NCBI GenBank assembly: GCA_963816145.1
Contig: CAWFJP010000004.1
Coordinates: 1 to 64,000, forward strand
Direction: 5' to 3'
Length of the DNA: 64,000 nucleotides
Source of the DNA: an uncultured delta proteobacterium
Lineage (GTDB): Bacteria; Desulfobacterota; Binatia; UBA9968
The notes below the pieces were generated by a model that was not told the origin of the DNA, made no database searches, and was given only the letters and a program-made list of their open reading frames with translations. Within the stretch, counting starts at the first letter, position 1. Each line of letters starts with the position of its first letter. Positions 29,933 through 38,996 of this stretch are shown one piece after another. The translations under genes and the position numbers were made by a program.

Positions 29933-30493
29933 ATGGCCACATTAGGATTCTAACCTGAAGTTTGTGTTTGCACGCGACAAGGAGGGGAAAGTTCATTTCA
30001 AAAACGCCATCCGGATGTCGCGGTATGGGAAGTCAAGGAAGTGTTCCACTTCAGTATGGCGGTCCAGCCAACTTACGGCGCCTTAAAAGGTATAGGCCAC
30101 ACCGTTCGCGGAGATTCCTCGTGGATAGGGCAAGAACAGAAAGGACACCGTGTTCGTCGTTACAGCCTATCCGCCGAAACAAGCGCATGTTGAGGTTTAT
30201 TTGAGAACTGTTGGCGGCATTCGATGAAAAGGAAATGCAAAAAAGTGCGGATCAGAACTTTATCAAGTGGAGGATCTAAAACGGTTTTGTCTGTCCTGCC
30301 TAACTAAGGAGATAGAAGGGCGCAACCAGAAAAACGCCGTCAAAGGTACATGGAGAATTCTCGAACCCGAAACTACACCGGCATTGCGTTTGAGGGGAGC
30401 AGATCTTGCCAAAGCCAAAGCACGCGCCAGAAAAGTTGGGGAAACCCTATCAGACGCTGATTAAAAGACGTCATTCACCAAGCCCTGTCTTGA
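29933..30493 (+). pseudogene. Degenerate BrnT/BrnA-like type II toxin-antitoxin pair
   Basis: Toxin-like fragments KRHPDVAVWEVKEVF..IGHT..DTVFVVTAYP. Antitoxin-like ALRLRGADLAKAKARARK / LGKPYQTLIK / VIHQAL. Many frameshifts. Confidence 0.6.
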
Positions 30494-30738
30494 TCAGGAA
30501 AGCACTCTCAATCTCTTGATGCGGTCAGCGTAACAAGTCGCGAGAATATCAATAAGGCATGCCCTGGAACCTAGTCGACGTCAGGAGTTGGTTCAAAATT
30601 CCGCGGCGTTCAGCCTGGGGTTAGGGAAGGTCGCCGATGAATTGGCGAAGGAACTGGGGCTGCGTCCGTTACTCGAAAGACCCTGCGACAAGCTGAGAAA
30701 AGGTAGCCAACCATGCCTCAATAAGGCATGCGTGACAG

Positions 30739-30817
30739 CATTTCCATTTCCCGATTTCCCAGCACCATTTCCCATTCACAGTTTCCCATTTCAGACACCA
30801 TTTCACACCGTTTCAGA
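30739..30817. repeat. Imperfect short tandem (about 7-mer) repeat CATTTCC/CATTTCA
   Basis: CATTTC CATTTCC CGATTTCC..CATTTCC CATTCAC AGTTTCC CATTTCA..CATTTCA..CGTTTCA. Confidence 0.6.
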
Positions 30818-30847
30818 TTGCGATGAAAAACCAGGCCCGTAAGATGG

Positions 30848-32962
30848 ATGGTCAGCGGGAACGGGGAAGCTCTGAAGCACATGGATAGCGGCGCAGTCCA
30901 AGTGGCGCAAGACGCGCAAGCACGCACGGGGCATTGGCTGTCCACCCTGCTCCGCCGGCGTTTCGTCAAGGCGCTGATGGTGGCCAGCCTAGTGGTACTG
31001 ATGCTGCTGCCCCTGCGAGAAGCCGGATGGCTGCAAGGCTTGGAGATTTCGGCGTACGACTCACTGGTAACCTTCTTCGCCGGGTCGCAGGAAAGCGACC
31101 GCGTGGTGCTGGTGGTCACCACCGAAGCGGACATCAACCGCTTCGGCTATCCCATCAGCGATAAGGTCCTTGCGGCCGTGCTGACACGCGTCTTTGCCGG
31201 CGGGCCAAAAGCCGTGGGCGTGGATCTGTACCGCGACCTGCCCATGCCGCCGGGCAACGAGGAGTTGCAAGCAATCCAGCGTGCGCAAGACAACCTCTAT
31301 TGGGTCTTCAAGCTGCGGGACGAAGGCAATATCGGCATTCCGCCTCCGCCGATGCTGCGCGAGAGCGGTCGCGAGGTGCTGGCCGACCACGTTACCGATG
31401 CTGGTGGCGCGGTGCGCCGGGCCCTACTGGTGGCCTCCGATGAACGCACGGGCAACAACTGGCGCACACTGGGCGTCGCCCTGGCCGAACGCTTTACTGG
31501 TCAGGGGCTGCGCCCGACTGACAACGAACTAGCGCTGGGCCAAGGCCGCATCCCGCTAGTCGACCAGCCCTATGGCCCCTATTCAAAGGTCGATGCCGCT
31601 GGCTACCAGATGCTGTTCGACTACCGCGGCGGTCATCGGCGCTTCCGCGAGATCAGCTTCGCCGAGATCCTAGACCGGCCGGAGCTGGCGGCGACGCTGC
31701 GCAACCGCCTTGTGTTGATCGGTACCGCAGCGCTTTCCATAAAAGATCATTTCGCCACGCCATTCAGCACCGGCTGGGGCGGGGAGGGGTTGCTGATCGG
31801 AGTCGCCCTGCATGCGCATATTGCCGACCAACTGATCCGCGTAGCCAATGGTGAAGCGCGCAATCCGGTGCCAATGCCTCGCCTGCTGGACAATGTTGCC
31901 ATCTCGGCCGCGGCCATTGCCGGCGCAGTGCTAGCACTGCTGGTCTGGCGCGTAACGCTGGTGCTGGTGGCGCTGGTGCTGGGGCTTGGTCTGGTGGGCG
32001 GCACCACCGCTTGGGCCTTCGCGAGCGCCGGCCTGTTGTTGCCCGGCGTGCCGGTGGCGCTGGCGTGGGTGCTGAGCGCGGCAGGTTGCAACTTCGTTAT
32101 GCACTCGGCCGGACTGCGGGAACGCACCCAGCTGCGCCGCAGCTTCGAGAGCTACCTGGATCCGCGCATCATAAACCAGATGATGCAGGGCGATACCCTC
32201 CCCAGCTTCGGCGGCGAGCATCGCGAGATCACCGCGATCTTTACCGACATCGCCGGCTTTACCACCACGGCCGAGACCATGGACGCCGCCACCGTGGCCG
32301 GGCTGCTGGGCGACTATTTCGGTGTGCTGACCGAAGTGGTGGTGGAGAACGGCGGGCTGGTTAATGACTTCATCGGCGACGGCCTCCTAGTGCTGTTCGG
32401 TGCGCCGATGCACCAGCCGGACCACGCTGACCGCGCCGTGGCCGCCGCCCTGGCGATGGCCGAAACGGCCCAGCGTTTCACTGCCGGGTTGGCGGCGCGC
32501 GGCATCGAGTGGGGCCATACCCGCATCGGCGTGCATACCGGCACGGCGCTGGTCGGCAACATCGGCACCCGAGGGAAGCTCAAATACGGCGCTCTGGGCG
32601 ATACGCTGAACACCGCCTCGCGCGTGGAGGGGTTGAACAAGTACATCGGCAGCCGTGTGGCTGTGACCGGCGAGACCGCGGCGCAGTGCCGGCGCCACGC
32701 GTTTCGTCCGCTTGGGGACATAATCGTCAAGGGCCGAAAGAACGCGCTGGCCATCCTGGCGCCGGTCTCGCCGGCCGACTCGCCGGCGCTGCTGGCCCGC
32801 TATGCCGAAGCCTATGCCGCGCTAAGCAAGGAAAAGCCTGAAGCCGGGGAACTTTTCGCGGCGCTGCACCGCGATTTTCCGGCCGACGCGCCCGCAGCCT
32901 TCCAAGCCCGGCGATTGGCCGCAGGCGAAAGCGGCACTCTGGTGGTCATGCAGGAGAAATGA
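30848..32962 (+). CDS. CHASE2-domain class III nucleotidyl cyclase
   Basis: TM, CHASE2 (YPISDKVLA..AVGVDLYRDLP..LVLIG..KDHFATPF..GVALHAHI), three TM segments, cyclase domain (FTDIAGFT, DFIGDG, GDTLNTASRVEG). Confidence 0.92.
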   Translation: MVSGNGEALKHMDSGAVQVAQDAQARTGHWLSTLLRRRFVKALMVASLVVLMLLPLREAGWLQGLEISAYDSLVTFFAGSQESDRVVLVVTTEADINRFGYPISDKVLAAVLTRVFAGGPKAVGVDLYRDLPMPPGNEELQAIQRAQDNLYWVFKLRDEGNIGIPPPPMLRESGREVLADHVTDAGGAVRRALLVASDERTGNNWRTLGVALAERFTGQGLRPTDNELALGQGRIPLVDQPYGPYSKVDAAGYQMLFDYRGGHRRFREISFAEILDRPELAATLRNRLVLIGTAALSIKDHFATPFSTGWGGEGLLIGVALHAHIADQLIRVANGEARNPVPMPRLLDNVAISAAAIAGAVLALLVWRVTLVLVALVLGLGLVGGTTAWAFASAGLLLPGVPVALAWVLSAAGCNFVMHSAGLRERTQLRRSFESYLDPRIINQMMQGDTLPSFGGEHREITAIFTDIAGFTTTAETMDAATVAGLLGDYFGVLTEVVVENGGLVNDFIGDGLLVLFGAPMHQPDHADRAVAAALAMAETAQRFTAGLAARGIEWGHTRIGVHTGTALVGNIGTRGKLKYGALGDTLNTASRVEGLNKYIGSRVAVTGETAAQCRRHAFRPLGDIIVKGRKNALAILAPVSPADSPALLARYAEAYAALSKEKPEAGELFAALHRDFPADAPAAFQARRLAAGESGTLVVMQEK

Positions 32963-33345
32963 TCGGGTGATTTCTTTTTTACGCCCGGCTCAGGGAGAAA
33001 GCATCGTTCAAGTCACCGTCGTTTCCTGGCAATCGTCACCCCTGGTGTACTTGGGCCGTTGCCTGTCACGGCGAGCTCGCCGCGATGGACTCATTTGGAT
33101 CACGGCTAGTCGTTTCTAGCCTCTCATTGTAGAGTTGTCATCCTCCCACCCTGACATATTTTCGTTGCTGTTGGATCCTGTCAGATTCACCTTGCTACTG
33201 CATAGGCAAATAATGCCGGTTGATCGTGGTGACTATCAGGTGGTAGGATCGCGCTCGCTTCCAACTAATGAAGGCAGAAACCATGCGGCAAAAAAACACC
33301 GAGGTAGAAAGTCACCATAGTGTTAATTCGGCCTACACAGTTCGC

Positions 33346-35668
33346 ATGAAAAGGCCGGCGCTGGCATTCGCCGCAATCTTAACTTGCACAGGAATTTCCC
33401 TATCGTGGGTTCATGAGACCTTGAGCGCTAGTCTGTCCGCTACGGCAAATTTGTCGGCCGAGCAACGTATGGAACAGGGTGCGAACTCGTTCCAGCGCGG
33501 CGACTTCGAGCAGGCGATTTTGAGTTGGACGGAAGCTAAGCGATTGTACGAAGCAGAGCAGAGGCTCAGCCTGCTGAGCCGCGCGCTCACTCAGATCGCG
33601 CAAGCCTATCAGGCTCTTGGCCAATATAGCGACGCGTTGAAAAATCTTGAGCTGGCGTTAACCGCAGCAAAAAGTTCCGGCGATCGCACGCAGATCGCAG
33701 ATGTTCTCGGCCGTATCGGCAACGTTTACATTGCCATCGGACCCGCCGAAAGCGCGCAAAAGTTTCTCAACCAAGGGTTGGACGCTGCCAAGGAGCTGAA
33801 CAACCAGGAGCTTGCGGCAATTATCCTCAATAATCTCGGCAACCTGTTAACCGCGCAAAAAAAATATCCCGAAGCCCTCGCCGCCTATACTGAGAGCGCG
33901 GCGCTGGCCAAAGCGCGCAATAACGCGTCGCTGCTTACAAGTGCGACGATCAATGCAGCCACGGCGTCGATACAGAATAGGCAATTTAAAGAAGCCAAAG
34001 CCTTGCTCGACGGCGCCTCGCAGCAGATTCGCGCCATGGAGGCGACATCGGACAAGGTCACCGGCTTGATCAGTATTGGGTTGGGTTATCTGAGTCTCCG
34101 TTCGAGTACGCCCGATTCGAAAGACGCCTTTATCGTGCTGGCGCACGGCATGTTCAGTGAAGCGGGCGCCATGGCGGAAAGCATCGGAGACCATCGCGCC
34201 GCGTCCTATGCCTGGGGGCATCTCGGCAAATTGTACGAAGAGGAAAACCGATATGCGGAGGCTTTGCAGTTGACGCGCAGGGCCATCCATGCGGCGCAGC
34301 AAGTAAACTCGGCCGATTCGCTTTATCTCTGGGAATGGCAAGCCGGGCGTTTGCTGACGAAAACGGGAACCATTGACGATGCCATCGGCGCGTACCGGCG
34401 CGCCGTGCGGACACTTCAGTCGATCCGATCCGAACTCTCGGTCAGCTATGGCGCTCCACAGACGTCATTCCGTGAGACCATCGGGCCGCTATACTTTGAG
34501 TTAGTGGATCTTCTCTTACAACGTGCCGCGTCGTTGCCAGATCGCCAGCAAGCCGGCGCCTACCTGATTGAGGCGCGCGAATCCGTCGAATTGTTCAAAA
34601 CCGCCGAATTGCGGGATTACTTCCGCGACGATTGCGTGGACAATGCGTTGGCGAAAATCACCGAGCTCGACGCGATAGCCAAATCGGCCGTCGTCATCTA
34701 TCCGATTCTCCTGCCGGACCGAACCGAGTTGCTCGTCAGTCTACCTACCGGCCTCAAGCGAATTTTGGTTCCCGTAGGAGCGGAGACGCTGACCAAAGAG
34801 GTGCGGGAATTTCGCCATAAACTGGAGAAGCGAACCACCCGGGAATACCTGCCTCACGCGCAGAAGCTCTATGATTGGCTGATCCGGCCGCTGGAGGCGG
34901 ACTTAAGTTCTTTGCCAATCGACACCCTGGTATTCGTGCCGGACGGAGCGCTGCGAACGATTCCGATGGCGGCACTTGCACGACGGGAAGCAATTTCTGA
35001 TCGCCAAATATGGTGTGGGGATAACTCCCAGTCTAAGCCTCAGTGACCCGCGGCCGATCAAACGGGAAAACATGAAAGTACTGGCCGTTGGCGTGACCGA
35101 AGCGGTGCAAGGTTTTCCCGCGTTGCCGAATGTCTCCGTGGAGCTTAAAGAGATGCAAACTCTTTTGGGAAGCGAGACACTTGTCGACCGTGAGTTTCTT
35201 GCGGCCAATTTGGAAAAGAAGTTGAAAGAAGAACAATTCAGCATCGTCCACGTCGCCTCGCATGGCGAGTTCGGCAACGATGTCGATAACACGTTCCTCC
35301 TCACTTACGATGCCAAGGTGTCGTTGGACCGCCTCAATCAGATGATCGGGGTTTTCCGATTCCGTGATGATCCCTTGGAGTTACTCACTCTGAGCGCCTG
35401 CGACACCGCCGCCGGTGATGATCGAGCGGCATTGGGACTGGCCGGCATGGCGATCAAGGCCGGCGCCCGCAGCGCCCTCGCCACCTTGTGGAATATTAAC
35501 GATCAAGCCACGGTGGATCTGGTCATGGATTTTTACCGTGAGATCAAGGATCCCGGCATCTCTAGGGCTGTCGCGCTGCAGCGCGCTCAGATGAAGTTAA
35601 TCAACAATCCACGTTTTGAACACCCGGGCTTTTGGTCTGCCTTCCTAATGATCAATAACTGGCTCTGA
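33346..35668 (+). CDS. Exported TPR-repeat CHAT (caspase-like) protease, split by one +1 frameshift near 34977
   Basis: Signal-peptide-like N-terminus, TPR arrays, ELRDYFRDDC, LVFVPDGALRTIPMAAL | HDGKQFL, VHVASHGEF (His), LTLSACDTA (Cys), HPGFWSAF. ORFs 33268-35046 and 34976-35668 join if one T is removed. Confidence 0.85.
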
Positions 35669-35737
35669 CGCGAATCGTCTTTGTCAGCTGGAACTCTTAT
35701 TCACGTCCATGCTGCGATAACCGCGGTCAGCGGCAAA

Positions 35738-36421
35738 TCACTCAGCAATTGCCGGCACGCCCACTTGACTGAGTAAAGCGGCGCGTTGCTTGCGGAGCTC
35801 CTGATTCTCGGGCGCGGCGTCAATCTGATCGGAGATCGCCTTCAACGCATCGTACCATAGACCGGCTTCGGCATAGACAAAGTAGGCTCGGTCCTTCCCT
35901 GCGTCGGTCAGTTTACTTTGCAGCTCGCTTGGCGCCTCAACTCTCTCAATGGCGCCACCGGCGAGAATATCTTTAGAGCGACGGTCGGTGTCAGGGACCA
36001 CTGCGACGAACCATCGATACGCCTTGCCAGGTGCCAGACGAACATTATGATCGGCTAAGCGGAACCGGTGCACGCCCGCTTTAACCGGCGCGGGCAGGCG
36101 GGTTTCCAAGATCGGCTCCACACCTTGTGGATCCATGATCGTCACTTCGACGGGTAAGGCTGTCTCGGTCGAAATATACCAATACAGCGAAGGCTGCTCG
36201 CTGGTGGTGAATCCGCTGTGATCCGGTGCCAAGACGGATAGTATGAACACATCGCGTTGAGTACCACCACGCACACCGCCGCCCACCCGGCCACCAGGAG
36301 CTCCCCGTTTCGGCAGTGTATAGACCGGCCCCCCCGCATCGGCGGCGAGAACCGGTAACGGCGCGCTGATGACGAGCGCCAACGAAAAAGTACTAACTAG
36401 CCTCTTGTTCATGTACCGCAT
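35738..36421 (-). CDS. DUF928-domain secreted protein
   Basis: Signal peptide, RGAPGGRVGGGVRG, LAPDHSGFTTSEQPSLYWYI, YRWFVAV, YAEAGLWYDAL. Confidence 0.88.
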   Translation of the reverse strand: MRYMNKRLVSTFSLALVISAPLPVLAADAGGPVYTLPKRGAPGGRVGGGVRGGTQRDVFILSVLAPDHSGFTTSEQPSLYWYISTETALPVEVTIMDPQGVEPILETRLPAPVKAGVHRFRLADHNVRLAPGKAYRWFVAVVPDTDRRSKDILAGGAIERVEAPSELQSKLTDAGKDRAYFVYAEAGLWYDALKAISDQIDAAPENQELRKQRAALLSQVGVPAIAE

Positions 36422-36454
36422 GCTCTTTCCTCCTTCGACTGACACTTAATAAAC

Positions 36455-36469
36455 GCAACCGTTGTGCCA
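36455..36469 (-). promoter_or_regulatory. Sigma54 (-24/-12) promoter for the DUF928 gene
   Basis: Minus strand TGGCACAACGGTTGC, near-perfect match to TGGCAC-N5-TTGC, about 20 bp upstream of the AGGAGG RBS. Confidence 0.75.
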
Positions 36470-36527
36470 GCCACTACGGATCACGATAGATATTGCCTAG
36501 CACAGAACGCAGCTGGAAGAATTTTAA

Positions 36528-36731
36528 CTGAAAGACCCTCGGCTTTAAGCCGAGGGCTTCTGAATTCGTCGACTAGAAGTCGACTCCTCCGTGTCGTCAT
36601 TCCGGCGTAGGCCGGAATCCAGGTTTTGTTTTGCCTTGCAGCACGCGCGAAGATGGATGCCGGCCTTCGCCGGCATGACAAACCTTCTCTTCGCCCGAAG
36701 GCAAGGGATTTCAACCATCCCCGAGAGAGAC
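36528..36731. mobile_element. Non-autonomous IS200/IS605-type (PATE-like) element carrying a REP doublet
   Basis: Terminal palindromes CCCTCGGCTT-TAAGCCGAGGG and CTTCGCCCGAAGGCAAGGG. Inside: GTCATTCCGGCGTAGGCCGGAATCCA ... TGGATGCCGGCCTTCGCCGGCATGAC. Confidence 0.55.
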
Positions 36732-36766
36732 ATTAATATTCCACGATTTCATCCGTCCGTCCCACC

Positions 36767-38485
36767 TCAGAAGAATCCCAGAATAAATTGCATGTGAATG
36801 CCATGGTCTTGAAGCACTTTGTGTTTCGGCGATTCGACATTTTTCAACCGATGGCCCCAATAAAATTCGAACTGGGGGCGAATTGGCATCGGCCGTAACA
36901 GCGTGAGCGCCCAGCGTAGTCCTAACCCCACACTGTACAGTTTTTTCGGGTCAGGAGTTGGCGTGTTCTTGTTCCAGCCCTTGCCGAAATCAACGAAATG
37001 GGCCAGCTCTAGATAATCCGCCCAAAAGGTCTCTTTGACTACTGGCAGGCGCGCCTCTAGAGAAGTCAAGATCGCCTGGTCCCTCAAAAGAGTATTCTCT
37101 CGGTAGCCCCTCACGCTGTAGCGGCCACCAACAGAAATCTGCTCGAGGGACAAAAGCGGCGCACTGGAGAATTGGAAATCCGACCTAAAGATCAGATAAC
37201 TGTCCAGCAATCCGAGGCGTTTGACCCATTGAAATTGGCCGATCCAGGCGAAGAATTCACCGTCCGGCACTCCGTGTTTATTGGTCGTCGCACCCCACGC
37301 ATCCAGGCCGAAAGACAATCTCGATCGCGCAGCGATCACTTGGCTTTGCGTGCGATAGACAAACTCCTGAGCTGTTCGCAGTGCGGTAACGACAGTCTTG
37401 CCGTTTTGGGCGCCGGGCTCGAGGGAGAACGGCTCGCCCAGCAGAGTGGTCTTTAACGAGAGGCGCTCGCCAGTCAACTCGAGGGCGACCTCACTATTGA
37501 GTGTGCGATACACCGGCTGTCGCAATGTAAGCGTGTAAATGTTCGATTTGCTGTTGATGTCGAGGTCTTGGAAGGGTTGCTCGATCACGTTCAAGGTGTT
37601 TTTGCGATACTCGTAACTCAGAGTCGTGTCATGGGCGGTAAACGGGAACGAATATTTGATGTCGAGGAGCGGATCGAGACCTATCCCTCTGCCATATTGC
37701 GCCATCGCCACATCGCCGTTGCCGGTCAGGTTTTCGTGCAAAAGAGTGACGAGGCCGCGGTTCTCGCCGACGGCAGGTGACTCATAGTTGTCGTACTCCA
37801 AAAGCAGCTTGTAGGGTGTTCGCTCCTCGACCCGCACATCCAAAATCCCCTCGCCGCGCTTTACTCCCGGCTTGAGTTCCGCGTTCAGCCGTTGAAAACG
37901 GGAATCCTCGAGCAAAAGCTGCAACCGTGTTTGGAGGTCATTAATGTTGAGCGGAGGACCGGCATCGAGAAGGAAGCGTTTTTCTAGGTAGCTGGAACGA
38001 AACCAGCGGTTGCCCCGCACTTCGACACCCGTCAATGAACCCTCGATCACCTGATAGATAACCGTGCCTTCGGTCAACGTCTGATCCGGCAGGATCACCC
38101 CCGAATTGACATAGCCGTTATTGACATAGTGCAGCGTCAAAGCAATCCGCAGCGCCTCTAAATCCTCCGAGTTAACTTCTCGGTTCACGTAAGGGGCGGT
38201 GATTTTAGCCAGTTCTTCAGCGGAAAAAACCGTGCTGCCGGTTATGCGGATGTCGCGGATAAAGACGCGCAATGCCGGAAACGGCTCGCCTTTCGGCGTC
38301 AGGGGCACGGGAGGTAACAGCGTTCCCGGGGAAGGAATTGCCGGTTTGAAGTCCTGCGGTAGTTGCGGCGGTTCGCTGGACCGGCCAGTTGGATCGACGG
38401 CCGCCGCCTGTGCGCTGGGAGCAGCGAACAGCAGAACAATCAGAATTAGGGCGGAGACGACAGACCCCAACATGCTAACTCCCAT
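36767..38485 (-). CDS. Two-partner secretion TpsB (ShlB/FhaC/HecB family) outer-membrane transporter
   Basis: Signal peptide, POTRA (ITGSTVFS..YVNNGYVNS..VIEG), GGRYSVRGYREN motif, terminal Phe. Confidence 0.93.
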   Translation of the reverse strand: MGVSMLGSVVSALILIVLLFAAPSAQAAAVDPTGRSSEPPQLPQDFKPAIPSPGTLLPPVPLTPKGEPFPALRVFIRDIRITGSTVFSAEELAKITAPYVNREVNSEDLEALRIALTLHYVNNGYVNSGVILPDQTLTEGTVIYQVIEGSLTGVEVRGNRWFRSSYLEKRFLLDAGPPLNINDLQTRLQLLLEDSRFQRLNAELKPGVKRGEGILDVRVEERTPYKLLLEYDNYESPAVGENRGLVTLLHENLTGNGDVAMAQYGRGIGLDPLLDIKYSFPFTAHDTTLSYEYRKNTLNVIEQPFQDLDINSKSNIYTLTLRQPVYRTLNSEVALELTGERLSLKTTLLGEPFSLEPGAQNGKTVVTALRTAQEFVYRTQSQVIAARSRLSFGLDAWGATTNKHGVPDGEFFAWIGQFQWVKRLGLLDSYLIFRSDFQFSSAPLLSLEQISVGGRYSVRGYRENTLLRDQAILTSLEARLPVVKETFWADYLELAHFVDFGKGWNKNTPTPDPKKLYSVGLGLRWALTLLRPMPIRPQFEFYWGHRLKNVESPKHKVLQDHGIHMQFILGFF

Positions 38486-38543
38486 GCGGAACGATCGCGA
38501 TAATAATCATGTTCGGTGCCGCTCACAAGCAACAGTCGCTATC

Positions 38544-38935
38544 CACGAAGCACCTGGCGTGGCAGAGCCGCAACCGAAAACTGGATTATCCCCCGCCAAG
38601 GCGCCAATGAAGTCGGATCAGCGGAAGTGAATTCGTTTGAGAACACTAATTTTTTCTTCCGAACTTGACGCCTTTGCGCCTTCAGACTGTGTCGCAACTG
38701 TCATTTCGAGGTGAAGCCGAGAAATCTCTTCTTCGTATGTGGCTGAAAACACGAGATCCCTCGCTGCGCTCGGGATGACAGATGTGGGGCATTTGCTCAT
38801 TACGACACAGCCTCCTTGGCGGGAGAAATTTCCGAATCCAAAGGTCTTCAACTTCCGGATCATTTGCGCAAGCCGCGCATAGTGTTTCTCAGTGAGCACG
38901 AAGCTGTAAGGGCAAGGCGCGCCTTGCCCCTACGG
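38544..38935. repeat. Multi-level nested REP/MITE cluster
   Basis: CACGAAG repeat contains a hairpin-ended element (38554-38897), which contains a CCCGCCAAGG..CCTTGGCGGG pair, which contains an IR-bounded unit (38684-38813), which contains a TGTCATTTCGAG..CTCGGGATGACA pair. Confidence 0.7.
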
Positions 38936-38996
38936 TCACCCCTACATGTCCTTTTCGGTAGTCTAGCCGGATCAGGCCACCAACCGAGACACGGCA

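Noticed and set aside
30739-30817. Possible CRISPR or iteron array
   Set aside because: Units are about 7 nt and degenerate, with no unique spacers and no cas or rep gene.
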